Positions 25,671-38,820 of a stretch of 64,000 nt of DNA are shown piece by piece (position 1 is the stretch's first letter; every line of letters begins with the position of its first letter). The position numbers and the translations under genes were made by a program. Source of the stretch: Phyllobates terribilis (Eukaryota); the NCBI RefSeq assembly GCF_046119375.1, contig NW_027362762.1, positions 733,150,001 to 733,214,000 of the forward strand, read 5' to 3'. The notes beneath the pieces were generated by a model. That model had not been told where the DNA came from and ran no database searches. It saw only the letters and a list, made by a program, of their open reading frames with translations.

Positions 25671-27609
25671 TGCACACGGGCTGTGTGATCCGTGCACTGC
25701 TGGTGAGTCAGATAGACTTTTTTCTTTTTGACTCGGCATTGGGTTGACCTTCTACTAATTAAATATTGAAGATAAATCATTAATAAAAGTCCCTGAACCC
25801 CCTTATAATATTCATTATATCAGGGCTATATTAAGAGCCGCCATAGGAACATAATGTAAATATAAAGCCAAGAAACAGTTAATGTTTGCTGTAAGTAGAA
25901 CCCTCCACCCGCCCCCGCCACCACCAGAAGTTAATTAGGATTATGTACGAATGTCTCTCCTGAGGTTTTTTTTTATGAAAAATACATTTACGAGCAATGG
26001 TTCTCTGGCTTGTGAACACAAGACTGCACAATGTCCTCATGAAAGAAATGAAATCAACATAAAATTGTCTGGAACGTGGAACAATGTTTGTTTTTGCTCT
26101 TTCATTAAGTCAAGATTGGTTTATGCAGCGCACCGCTAGATGTTCTCTGCATCCTTTCATACTCCGCATTACCAAGCCTGGGCAATTTATTGCTGGCAAA
26201 TTGAAATGTATCATTTCTTTCTGTCAGCAGAGGGTCCTCTTACATTTGCCTTAACAGTGGAAATATATGGATTAAAATGCAGGGATTCTCTTTTTCAGCC
26301 AAGGTCCTTCTGGGAGTACAGTATCAATATTATGAATACAATTTTTCCAAGTGATATATTTCGGAAACCTCGGCATATAAAGACCATGACTAAAAATGTA
26401 CAATCAATAAACATCTGCCATCAGCACTATATTTTGTAGTTCTAAGATCGTTGCCACTTGTTTGACTTAGAAGCACTTGGCAATCCCTAAATATAATTGA
26501 GGTTTTATGGTCTGTACATATGTATCGAGCAGATGTGGACTGACTATTTAGGTCTTGAGGGACAGTTGCTAGTGAGGGGGTCAACAGCTTACTAGGTACA
26601 GAAAATATTCTAACAGACATTAATGGCATATTTCTACGACATACTTGAAATGTCTGATAGGAGCATAGCTGGGGAAGTTTGGCAGGTAATGGGCTCCAGA
26701 TTCTAGGTGGCACCATCAATCCACTCTGCTTTGGCTACTGTAGTCACATATAGGGACAGGAAAGCAAACTGATAGGTGGCCCCTGGTAAATGAAAGGTTA
26801 GCGAAGCTTCTGACCCCAGGGAGTGGAGGTCCATTGTCCTTTACTTTGCCAATAACATACGGCAAAGGTCAGTCATCTGCACCCCCCAATATCCATTGAT
26901 GTATGGAATATGATGGCGCTATATTAGAAATGCCTAATAAATAATAATAATAATAATAAATAGCTGTCCTGCTGGGACAAACCGCTTTAATAATTGTATT
27001 AATTGGTTTTTATGTGATAAGAAACCTAAAATAACCTTAGGGGGTGACCAGTTCATGGACTTTGTACTTTTTAGCAATCAAGTTCACCCCAGTCATTTTT
27101 TATACAACTAGTTCTCGTGATGTTATTATAATTTCTTCAAAATATCTCTTTTATTTATTGTTGTTGGCTGGCAATGGCTTGCTAAACATAAAAATGTAGT
27201 GCCATATTTCTATATGACATATATCTGTAATTTTAGGAATAATAAGTATTTATAATACTGCTTTACACAATGATTCATCAAAGACTATCAGGGTGGAACT
27301 GGCCAACTAGAGGACCAGGGAATGTTACAGTGGGCCCGGGCTCTCACACAATGATGGACCTAAAAGGTTCAAAAGAAGGCTTCTCCCATTTGGAGCTGAC
27401 TTTGGAGCCAATTACTTGCCACTAGAGTCCGTCTTTCATGTACACGAATAAAAACAAAATAGTGTTTTGTCTACCTGTACAGATGTGTTCAACTTTACCT
27501 CTGTTTTGGTAACTTCAGAAAGGATAAAGCAAGTTCAGTACAGTATTGTACCATGCTACCACAACCTTTGACAGACTGCAATTTAGATAATAAGCACTTG
27601 ATGTCCACA

Positions 27610-28398
27610 CATGAACACATTTATGCAATGACATTGCCGGCATCCCTGCTTGGTACTTTTCCCTCCTCCCAGCTGGGACACTGACATACCCACGACCCGA
27701 GCATACGGCAGTGTCCCCGTTCCCTGCTTTGACTTCCTGCTTCTCTCAGCCTGCGCACGCCGCACAGGTCTCCCGACGATGTGCCTAATGTGCGCGTGAT
27801 TCTTAAAGGGGTAGTGCACGCACTCTGGAAATGCCCCCAGCCAATAGCTAGGAGGCATGGGGTATATAAGGCACCCTCCCCAGTATGGAGGTGCCTGAGT
27901 AACCCCTGTAGTTTCCCTACTTAGTGTGTGTGCAACTAGTATGTTGCCAGGTCCCTGCCATTAAGTCCTGTGTTGTCTGAACCAGAACCTGTCCCTGACA
28001 TCAATGTTGTCTGAACCAGAACCTGTTCTTGAAACCCATGTTGTCTGAACCAGAACCTGTTCCTGAATCCCGTGTTGTCTGAACTAGGTCCAGTGTCCAT
28101 CCTGTCTGGTGAACCAGAATCTGTTCCGTCTGTACCGGCTCCAAAATCTTTTATACCAGTATCCGAATCTTGTCCTGTCAGTGACTCCAAGTCTGTGTCC
28201 ATGACTGCGATCCTGACCCTTGGGGTCAGCTGCTGAAGTACCGGGGTCTGCCCAGGCGTGGTACCTGGCGACTACCTGGAGCATAAGCCTAACGTCAACA
28301 TTACTAGCTCTAGCAAAGACCAGGTAGCCACTTAACCACGCCCCTCCTGGGTAAGCCCAGCTCGTGGCACAGTGGGTCCACGATTCACGTGTGTGACA
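27610..28398 (+). mobile_element. Probable solo LTR with an internal short tandem repeat (tgttgtctgaaccagaacc), boundaries approximate
   Basis: TATA-like ggtatataag near 27862, about 5 tandem ~20-bp units at 27970-28090, and a 3' end agtgggtccac...gtgtgaca resembling anuran LTR ends. Confidence 0.45.
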
Positions 28399-29254
28399 AT
28401 TTAGCATAGACATCTCCAGACAGGGTATCACTTTTTTTTTTAAGATGGTCATCTTGCGCCACACATCTTGGGATAGTTTGACCGAAAAAAAGGAAAGAAG
28501 GACACATCTGTAACGTGAACTCTCAGAAAAATTTCCTTCAGTGGACCCAATCAATGCTAATCAAACACAGAATACTACTGACTATAAATATGTTAGTTAA
28601 GAAGCATGGCAACGTCTACTAATGCATAGTGGCCAAGTCAGGTGATCCGCACATTTCAAAATAACGTATGCTCATTTCTGGCATTAGGTCTAATCTCTCC
28701 ATAACATCATGGTTATATAATGTGCTCATGCTGAACATTTACATCATCTATGTACATTAATATCTGTAAGGATTTCAATGGAGCAAGGTCAATTTGACAA
28801 GCACATTCGCTTACTTTTATTTGTGCTTATCCACATTACTATATGGCATTGCTTGCCAATGCTATATGAATGGTCCATGTTGTAAAAATGTTCGCTTCCA
28901 ATTGACTATACCGGAATGATTTTGCCTGTGTATCTAAAATAGATTTTTTTTTTTTATTTTGTTTTTGCTTTCTCATTAAACTATTTTCCTGCCAGAATGC
29001 AAGTGAATTGGCTATGTGTTATTTGCTGCAAATTGCCTCACTGCTGGTTTGAGATTTGCCTACTGGGAAGGAACAAAATATCTATTTAGACTGCTAAAAA
29101 CTGTCAGTCCTTATAGGAAAGGGCATAACTGATGAAGATTTCTATTTATGTATATGTATATAAAAGGAAAAAACAGATGCCGCACCAGCAAAAAATGGAG
29201 GGGTGCAAAGCTTCCCAGGTAAAGACCAGTCCCCCAAATATGGTGAAAATAGAA

Positions 29255-29425
29255 GCAGCACTCCAATGCAATAAATCAAATATAAAGTGATTTTTTAATC
29301 ACTCTTATTGGCAACGTTTCGATCTATGTGAGGACCTTCCTCACATGGACCGAAACATTGCCAATATGGGCGATTAAAAAAGTTACTTTATATTTGATTC
29401 ATTGCATTGGAGTGCTGCTTCTTTT
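29255..29425. repeat. Near-perfect hairpin (~80-bp arms), Penelope pLTR-like
   Basis: gaagcagcactccaatgcaat...ttggcaacgtttcg mirrors cgaaacattgccaa...attgcattggagtgctgcttc around atgtgagg-acctt-cctcacat. Confidence 0.7.
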
Positions 29426-29476
29426 TTTTTACCATATACATATATAGATATATCTTTATATATATATAAATATATA

Positions 29477-31109
29477 CCGTACAGACCAAAAGTTTGGACA
29501 CACCTTCTCATTTAAAGATTTTTCTGTATTTTCATGACTATGAAAATTGTACATTCACACTGAAGGCATCAAAACTATGAATTAACACATGTGGAATTAT
29601 ATACTTAACAAAAAAGTGTGAAACAACTGAAAATATGTCTTATATTCTAGGTTCTTCAAAGTAGCCACCTTTTGCTTTGATGACTGCTTTGCACACTCTT
29701 GGCATTCTCGTGATGAGCTTCAAGAGGTAGTCACCCGAAATGGTCTTCCAACAATCTTGAAGGAGTTTCCAGAGATGCTTAGCACTTGTTGGCCCTTTTG
29801 CCTTCACTCTGCGGTCCAGCTCACCCCAAACCATCTCGATTGGGTTCAGGTCTGGTGACTATGGAGGCCAGGTCATCTGGCGTAGCACCCCATCACTCTC
29901 CTTCTTGGTCAAATAGCCCTTACACAGCCTGGAGGTGTGTTAGGGGTCATTGTCCTGTTGAAAAATAAATGATGGTCCAACTAAACGCAAACCGGATGGA
30001 ATAGCATGCCGCTGCAAGATGCTGTGGTAGCCATGCTGGTTCAGTATGCCTTCAATTTTGAATAAATCCCCAACAGTGTCACCAGCAAAGCACCCCCACA
30101 CCATCACACCTCCTCCTCCATGCTTCACGGTGGGAACAAGGCAAGTAGAGTCCATCCGTTCACCTTTTCTACGTCGCACAAAGACACGGTGGTTGGAACC
30201 AAAGATCTCAAATTTGGACTCATCAGACCAAAGCACAGATTTCCACTGGTCTAATGTCCATTCCTTGTGTTCTTTAGCCCAAACAAGTCTCTTCTGCTTG
30301 TTGCCTGTCCTTAGCAGTGGTTTCCTAGCAGCTATTTTACCATGAAGGCCTGCTGCACAAAGTCTCCTCTTAACAGTTGTTGAAGACATGTGTCTGCTGC
30401 TAGAACTCTGTGTGGCATTGACCTGGTCTCTAATCTGAGCTGCTGTTAACCTGCGATTTCTGAGGCTGGTGACTCGGATAAACTTATCCTCAGAAGCAGA
30501 GGTGACTCTTGGTCTTCCTGTCCTGAGGCGGTCCTCATGTGAGCCAGTTTCTTTGTAGCGCTTGATGGTTTTTGCAACTGCACTTGAGGACACTTTCAAA
30601 GTTTTCCCAATTTTTCGGACTGACTGACCTTCATTTCTTAAAGTAATGATGGCCACTCGTTTTTCTTTACTTAGCTGCTTTTTTCTTGCCATAATACAAA
30701 TTCTAACAGTCTATTAAGTAGGACTATCAGCTGTGTATCTAACAGACTTCTGCACAACACAACTGATGGTCCCAATCCCATTAATAAGGCAAGAAATCCC
30801 ACTTATTAAACCCGACAGGGCACTCCTGTGAAGTGAAAACCATTTCCGGTAACTACCTCTTGAAGCTCATCAAGAGAATGCCAAGAGTGTGCAAAGCAGT
30901 CATCAAAGCAAAAGGTGGCTACTTTGAAGAACCTAGAATATAAGACATTTTCAGTTATTTCACACTTTTTTGTTAAGTATATACAGTAATTCCACATGTG
31001 TTAATTCATAGTTTTAATGCCTTCAGTGTGAATGTACAATTTTCATAGTCATGAAAATACAGAAAAATCTTTAAATGAGAAGGTGTGTCCAAACTTTTGG
31101 TCTGTACTG
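29477..31109 (-). mobile_element. Full-length Tc1 DNA transposon (1633 bp) with long (~230-bp) TIRs and TA TSD
   Basis: TA-ccgtacagaccaaaagtttggacac ... gtgtccaaacttttggtctgtactg-TA. Confidence 0.93.
29640..30692 (-). pseudogene. Tc1 transposase (DD34E type), 351 codons in one frame with two in-frame stops
   Basis: ORFs 29940..30692 and 29640..29834 share a frame. Motifs WSDESK, QQDNDP and LNPIEMV are present. Stops are TAA after DNDP and TAG after WPP. Confidence 0.92.
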
Positions 31110-31149
31110 TATATATACCCTTCAGTATTTTCTATATTTCTGATTAATT

Positions 31150-34100
31150 TTGATAAGATTTTTATCCAAGTTCTAGGAGTGGATAAAGATATCCAGATCA
31201 GACAAGACAGTCAATAATATTAGAGCTGTGTCTTTTTTGGTTGAAAAATGATCCAATATCTTGTCTATGAGTGATAAAATTATGTGAACCTTTGGGATAA
31301 GCAGAAAATTTGTAGGTGAAATTAGTGTGTTATGTTTTCAATCAATGGGATGACAATCAGCTGTGGGTTGGCAGCCTGTTTTACTTAAAGAACAGGAATA
31401 TATCAAAATCTTTACAACATGTTTGTGGAACCGACACAAACACAGGAGATTTCAGAAGACTAGAGGAGAAGAGTTGTTGATGCTCATCAGAATGGAAATG
31501 GTTAGAAAACCATCTATAAATAGTTGGACTGCACCAATTCACAGCCAGGCAGATTGTGTATAAATGGAGAAAATTCAAGACAATTATTATCCTTAATCAG
31601 TCCGTTTTCTGGTGTGGATCCACCTGCCTCTGTGCAAGCTGGATTATAAGTACTGGATGAGCTGGCTTTCCTTTTGCTATATGTGAATTATTATCCTTCC
31701 CAAATGTAGTTAATCAACAAAGAGAACTCTAAGGCTGCGTACCCACTATGCGTTTTTCATGTGTTTTTGCTGGGAATTTCCGCAGCAAAAACGCTTAAAA
31801 AATGCTTGGCAATACGTGCCCCATGGTCCCCAATGATAATCCGCATGTGCTGTGCACATCCTGCGGAAATTTCCGCTGCGGATTATCATTGCGGAAAAAT
31901 CCGCAGCATGTCCATTATTTTTGCCGAAATGTGGCGCAATTGCCGCCATTGACTTGCATTGAATCGCTTAATATCCGCATGACTACATGTGCAAATGCGG
32001 ATATTAAGCGATTCAATGTGCGGATGGTACCCGGGTCTGGAGAAGAGGAGACTCTCCTCCAGACCCGGGTACCATAGTACCTGTTAAAAAAAATAATTTA
32101 AAATAAAAAATATACATTATACTCACCTTCTGATGGCCCCCGGTCTCCTGTACAGTGCGTCCTGCTCCCCGGTGGCTCGCGATGGTGTAAAAGGACCTTC
32201 CATGACGTCATTTAGTCATGTGACGTTGGCGGTCGCGTGACCTGTCACATGACTAAATGACATCATGGAAGGGAGAATAATGTTTTTTTTTTATTTTTTA
32301 CCATTTTTATTCTTTTTTTAACTATTAACTTGGTCACACTATATAAATCCATGCCAGTTGCATTGATTTATATAGTGTGACCAAGTTGTTAAGCACTTTT
32401 CCAAGTGATGCTAAAATCGCTTGGAAAAGCGCTTGTTAACCCGCATGCGAAAATGCATTCAAAAACGCTTGACAAACACTTTTACCTGGCGGGAAAAACG
32501 CGTGTAAAATCCGCATGCGTTTTTCATGCCAGGGAGATGCAGAAAAAATCCGGCATTTCTGCTTCGCAGGCACATAGCGTAAAGGCCCCGTCACACTTAG
32601 AGACGCTGCAACGATCCCGACAACGATACGACCTGTCAGGGATCGTTGACGCATCGCTATGTGGTCGCTGGTGAGCTGTCAAACAGGCAGGCTCACCAAC
32701 GATCAGGGGAGCAGCGACATCGTGGAAAGAATCTTTCCACAATGTCCTGCTCCTGGTTACCAGCCTGCTGAAGCAGGCTGGTAACCATGGTAAGCATCGG
32801 GTTACTAGGGGCACACGCGCTCCTAGTAACCCGTTGTTTATCATGGTTACCACTCTGCTACAGTGAGCGGGAGGTTACCGCTCACTTTAGCAGGCTCGTA
32901 ACCATGATAAACATCGGGTTACTAGGGGCACACGCGCACCTAGTAACTCGCTGTTTATCGTGGTTACGAGCCTGCTAAAGTGAGCGGTAACCTCCCGCTC
33001 ACTGTAGCAGAGTGGTAACCATGATAAACAACGGGTTACTAGGAGTGCGTGTGCCACTAGTAACCCGATGTTTATCATGGTTACCAGCCTGATCGCTGCT
33101 CCCGCTGGTCACACACAGCGATGTGGGCTGACCAGCGGGAGGGCAACGACCAAAAAATGGTCCAGGACACTTTGCAGCGATCAGCGACCTCACAGCAGGG
33201 GCCTGATCGCTGCAAAGTGTCACACATAGCGACATCGCTGGTGAGGTCGCTGTTGCGTCACCAAAACCGTGACACAGCAGCGATCTCGCTATGTGAGATG
33301 GGGGCTTAAGTCCCAAACTAATATTAGTCTGCAAGGTCACAAAGAAACCTAAGGTAACCGCTAAGCAACTAAAGATCTCTCTCATATTTGCTACATTTCA
33401 GAACATTGATGCCCATCTACAACTTGCTAAAGATCACCTGGGCAAATCGGAAGGTTATTGGTATAATGGTTTGTAGACTGATTAGACCAAAATAGAGCTT
33501 CTTAGTTTAAATGAGAAGAGTAAAGTTTGGAGAAAACAACACTGCACTATACTATAAAAACGTCATACCATCTTAGAAACACGGTGATGGCAGCATTGTG
33601 GTTTGGGTCTGTTCTGCTGTATCTGGTCCAGGATGACTTGCCATCATTGATGGAGCAAATAAATTCTGAATTTTTCCAGCAAATTCGAAAGGAAAATGTG
33701 AGTACATCTATCAATGACCTGAATCTCAACAGAATGTGGATCAAGCAGCTACAGAATGCTCCAAAGCACACAAGTTGTTCTACAAAAGAATGGTTAATGT
33801 TCTGTAATGTCCAAGTCAAAGTGCTGGCCATAATCCAGTAGAATTGTTGTGGAAGGACCTGAAATGAACAGATTATGAAAAAAAACACCAACATTAGAGA
33901 GCTAAAGCTGTTTTGTAGTGAATAGGCTAAAATTCCTCCAAGCTGATGTGCAGCATTAATTGACAATTACCAGAAACGTCTAGATGCAGTTATTGCTGCA
34001 CAAGGAGGTCACACCAGATACTGAAAGTAAAGGTTCACATACATTTGCCACTCATAGACATGTGATATTGGATCATTTTCATCATTTAAAAAAATGACAC

Positions 34101-34200
34101 TCTAATATTATTGGCTCATTTGTTTGATTCGGTTCTTTACATTGTAGAACTTATCTAAAAATCTGATCTAGTTTTAAGTTAAACTTTCAAGCACCAATGT
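31150..34200 (+). mobile_element. Decayed Tc1-like element split by nested MITEs (approximate)
   Basis: Transposase remnants at 33330-34010 (KIEL, HGDGSIV, NPVELLWKDLK-like). TIR remnants atgtgaacctt (~31285) and aaggttcacat (~34030). Confidence 0.6.
31732..33305. mobile_element. Two PIF/Harbinger-type MITEs: about 31732-32580 and an inverted-repeat MITE at about 32584-33305
   Basis: TAA/TTA-flanked GGCTGCGTACCCAC and GGCCCCGTCACAC termini. The second has inverted arms and inverted arrays of gggttactaggggcacacgcg-type repeats. Confidence 0.55.
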
Positions 34201-34889
34201 ATACTATATACTTTAAAAAAGAATACAAAGTTTACATCGCTTAATGTGTAAAGAATTTTTAAAAGAGAATATACAAATGAACCCTATTAATCTGGAATAG
34301 TGTTCCTCAATTACCTTGACAATTAATGTTACTTGCATTGTATAATGTACTGTATGGGATGTTTCTATGGCAAATCTTTCCTTTTTTGGGGGGAAGAAAA
34401 TCTCTACGCAGAAGTGAGTCAATTCTTAAGCCAATTATTAAAACTATGGTTTGCGGATGCAAAATAATTGGGAACAGTAAAATATTGTTTTGGAGCACAA
34501 AGGCGCACCTTTATTGTCACAAGAACTCTTTTTTTTATATAGAATATAAATTATTATTAGGTGATATTAATAATGTTAATAATAGACTCAGCCTACAGGA
34601 AAATATCAGGGCAATGGTAACAACTGTTTCCCTACAACTATAGAATTCACAGGAAGATATGACCGTGTATGACAATGAAACTATTTTTATACATTTTCTG
34701 CTATTGGTGTATTAAAGGTTCCTTACTTATTATTACTTACTTTACAAACCTACAGTCTTGTGACATTGAAGCAGCTCCTTGTCCTTTAAACCCAGCATGT
34801 GCAATATGGAATGTTGGAGCTGAGAAATGGAATGCCGGAATGTACAATCAATTTGTGTTCTTATCTTCTGTTGGCATGTTGTCCTGTAG

Positions 34890-34946
34890 GGATTGTCCTA
34901 TCTTGTGGATGATCCCCTGTTATCTGTACGAACTTCCACTCTAAAG
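34890..34946 (+). CDS. KCND3: KCND3 alternatively spliced 19-aa cassette exon (Kv4.3L insert): GLSYLVDDPLLSVRTSTLK
   Basis: gtcctgtAG acceptor, GTATTA donor, 57 nt, frame-preserving. Nearly identical to the mammalian Kv4.3L insert GLSYLVDDPLLSVRTSTIK as recalled. This exon distinguishes KCND3 from KCND1 and KCND2. Confidence 0.95.
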
Positions 34947-36779
34947 GTATTACATTTACTTATTCAATTCATGTTTTAAATTAAGGATGGGCAATTTCTC
35001 AGGTTTTTGAAGTCAATAAAAAAAATTAATGAGTTAGTTATAGGGTAGATTTGCAGGGCTGCTATCAGAAATTTTATGGCCTTATATGGCCAAGGAGTCT
35101 TGGCCTTTTGGCCTCTCCATCACCAATGTGGCACATCTTACAGGGACTTTGGGGATAGAGCACAGCAGGATCTGGATAGGGAAAGGGGAGACAGTAGGAG
35201 GAGGTTCTGTTGGGGTAATATAGTGTGGTAACATAAAGTAGGGATGGGTAGAAGAGAAAATTGCATACATGATGAAGGCATCACTAGACATAAGGTGACC
35301 GAGCTCTGTGTTGGAAGTAAGGGGCAGAGGGAATAAAAAGTAGGATATAGTGAAGGGGACATAGTATTGAGACTCTGAGGAGGGACAAGAGGGTGACATA
35401 AGGCGGGAAGGTGCTCTGCTAGAGGGGGCATAAGGTTACAAGGTTTTGTAGTGGAACTAGGGGCATGAACAGGAATGTGAGCATGGACGAAAACTACTTT
35501 GTGATGGGTCAGAGGGGTGATTGTAGGTAGGAAGGTGCTTTGTTGGGCCACAAGGTTAGGAGACACTAAGTGTCAGAACAGAGAGAGCAGAGGGAGCAGA
35601 ACGTAGCATAGAAAGAATGGTGGGCAGGGACAAAACAATCAGGCAAGGACTCTGAATAAGGGCAGCGGTGAGACAGTAGGTGGGCAGGGCTCTGTGGGTG
35701 ATTTTTCCCTTTTTCTCTTTTGGTCAGGCCCCTGGCAACTGTATAGGAAGTACTACCCTGATGGCGGCTCTGTATATTTGCACATACTTTAAAATATTTT
35801 AGAAGACCCTGCTGCAATAGCTAAATCATTTCAATAATTTGCTTGGAAAGCAGCTACATTTAGCCCAAAGCACTCAGCAAACAGTGTATCAGCGTCAATG
35901 AGTGCAGAATGAATCACATCCAGTTGATATGTACAGTAACTACTGTGCCTAAGCATCGGAACCAGTGAAAATGCCCACTCTTGGTTTTAAGTTGGTTTCT
36001 GTGGTCCACACCCAGATTGCTACTGTCTAATACAGAGAAAAGGTTTGCTAAACTTGGTAAATGAGAGACAGTGTCTAACAGTTAAGAAAGTTCAACTGCA
36101 GTAGAAAGGAAATAGATCCCCAGGTGATAGATTGTGTTTTTATAGTAAACTCTATACAGTAATACTGCACAGTAGGCAGGAATTTGCAACAAAAGCATTC
36201 TGCAGAAATAATGGAAGCAAAGTTCTGCAGCAAAAATTTTATTTCTGTTTAAGTGACAAACAATATCAGCACGTTAACCTGGGAAGGCAAGATTATGCTT
36301 TTTGCACCTTTTTAAGGTTTCTACTTGCCATAAAATCAAAAAGTAAAGGATCCTTACAATTTGTCTATTCAGAAAGTGAACACATAACACCATTGCTTAT
36401 GTTCAAATCCGAATCTCAGCAACCCGTTACAGGGCTCTGCGTGGTTTGCGTCCAGCTGCAGTAGGAGAGGCCACAATTACATTGTTTGTAAAAGGAACAT
36501 GTCACTAGATTCAAGCTGCCCAAACCATAGGCAGCATGAGGCAGAGCTTGCAGTCAGATATGTATTTCATTGAAATGACACACCATGTCAGGAAAAGTAT
36601 AGTCTAAAAAGCTGGTGAAGACCAAAAGGGAGAGAAGTGACTATACCAGCGTGGCTCCCAGCAAGATTCTCCCTGCCCTGCCCCAGGCGATTGTCTTGCA
36701 GACATGCTCTGATTCATGCTGCCCGTGGTTCTGAATCTAGACACAGGTTCCATTTAAAACTGGTTTGCTTAAAGGGGTT

Positions 36780-37260
36780 TCCTTCCTTCCTTTTTCTCTC
36801 CTTCCTTCCTTATTTCTTACACTTTTTTTTTCTTACTTTTTCCCTTCTTACCTTTTTTTCATCCTTTTATTTTTCCTTCCTTACACTCTTTCTTTTTTCT
36901 TCCTTTAATTCTTTCTTTTCTTTTTTTCTTTCTCTCTTTTCTTCATTTCTTTTTATCTTCCTTTCTTTCATAGTCTTTCTTTCTTACATACTTTCCCTCC
37001 TTACTTTATTTCCTTCCTTCTTTTTATTCTTTTCTTCTTTCCATTCTTTCTTTTCTTTATTTTTCTTTCTTCCTTTCTTTCATTTCTTTCTTTCCTTTTT
37101 TTCTTTCCCTTTATTTCTTTTCCTTACTTTCCCTACTTTCTTTCTTTTCTTACTTTTATTATTCCTTCCACTTTTTCTTTTTTCATCCTTCCTTATTTCA
37201 TTCTTTCTTTCTTTTATTCCTTCCATCCTTCTTTTCCTTACTCTCTTTTTTTTTCTTCCT
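36780..37260. repeat. ~480-bp polypyrimidine (TTTC/CTTT) low-complexity tract
   Basis: Almost purely C/T on the + strand, ending about 360 nt upstream of the exon acceptor at 37623. Confidence 0.95.
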
Positions 37261-37623
37261 TGTATTGCAACTCAGACTTCACTTTAATGGCCCTGAGCTG
37301 CAATACCAAAAACAATCCATGGACAGTAGTGGCGCTGTTTCTGTAAAGAAAGCAAACCTTTTCCCAATCTCAGTTAACTCCTTTAACTCTAATTGATAGT
37401 CAAACCTTCAACAAGCTGGATATATTTCCAATTTGCCTGTTGAGAATTTGGTTTATTAATAAACTCTAGTCATTAAGTCAGCTGTGCTTGCTTTGAAGTT
37501 TAATGCCGTTACTGTGCTGTATGCCCTAGTGATAGCCGGGCCTTCTATGGAGTCAGCAGTATGCTGAATCTGCACTTTAGAAGTGTATAATCATGCTGGT
37601 ATTGATATTTTGCTTTTCCGCAG

Positions 37624-37871
37624 AACCATGAGTTCATGGATGAACAGATGTTTGAACAGAACTGCCGTGAGAGCTCCATGCAGAACTATCCATCCAGCCG
37701 CAGCCCATCTCTGTCCAGCCACCATGGAATTACATCATCTTGCTGTTCTCGTAGGAACAAGAAGACCACACATCTCCCAAACTCTAATGTTCCAGCTACA
37801 AGGCTACGTAGCATGCAAGAGCTTAGCACTATCCACATCCAATGTGGAGATCAACCTTCTCTAACTACAAG
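37624..37871 (+). CDS. KCND3: KCND3 coding exon, 248 nt, phase 0/2: [35 protein letters not shown]...[23 protein letters not shown]
   Basis: ttttccgcAG acceptor and AG/GTATGG donor. Overlaps ORF 37636..37881 and matches the Kv4.3 C-terminal segment. Confidence 0.96.
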
Positions 37872-38049
37872 GTATGGATAAAATAGCAAGGATGTAAGCA
37901 GCTGTATTGATAACGCAGTATTATGGTTACAGCCAATAAAGGGTATTATTTGTGCAATAAATATGAAAAAGTCATGAAAAGATATCAATTTGTCATTGTT
38001 TTCACATTCTCTGTTACATACAGTTACATACTTAGTGAAAAAAGACGCG

Positions 38050-38820
38050 TCTATCTCAGTCAACCAAGGGATGGGAGATATAGATAAAGCTATAATGCAT
38101 GAACCATACCTAAGTATTTATTTCCTATTAAAATGCATCTAAACCTCTTTTTAAACCATTGGCAATTTGAATTGTGACCAGCACCTGAAGAAGGAGGATT
38201 GTCTCCTCTGGAGATTGAACCTTTTTTTTCCCCAGACAGAAGTACTACCAACTGTCTTTTGAAGAGGTTTTACATAAAACGGCTTTTGACCATATTTTTG
38301 TATGGGCCATTTATGTCATTGCACAAGTTAATCATGTCTCCCCATAGATGTCTCTTCTCAGGTCTAAATAAATGTAATTTGTTTAATCTTTTCTCATAAG
38401 TAAAATTATTCATAGCAGTTACCAGTTTTGTGGCTCTCCTTTGTACCTTTTATAACTCCAGAGCACCCTTTCCATGAATTGGTGCCTAGAAACTAACTCC
38501 ATATTTCAGCATTAAAGCTTTGTAATTCGGTAGTATTGCGTCACTGTCCCACAAGTTCATGCCTCTTTTAATTTATGACAATATCTTGATGGACATAGAA
38601 GCCATTGATTGATATTGAATGTTGATATTCAATCTGTGATCTAAAAGTACACCAAGAGCCTTCTCTACAAGTGACTCTCTTAGTTCTACTTCTCCAATAA
38701 TATATGATGCCCACAGAGTAATAGCACTCTGATGAATAACATTATTTGCTAAGTGGATGACTAAACACTCAGATTGTCAGCTTGTATCTCATGAACATCT
38801 TACATGGAATGCCCTACACT
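38050..38820 (-). mobile_element. CR1-like LINE RT 3' fragment, degenerate (approximate)
   Basis: Contains tctcttctcaggtctaaataaatgtaatttgtttaatcttttctcataag and similar segments resembling antisense CR1 3' ends. Confidence 0.5.

Noticed and set aside
36637-37287. 216-aa Phe/Leu/Ser-rich membrane-like ORF
   Set aside because: It is a translation of the C/T low-complexity tract, which cannot contain stop codons.
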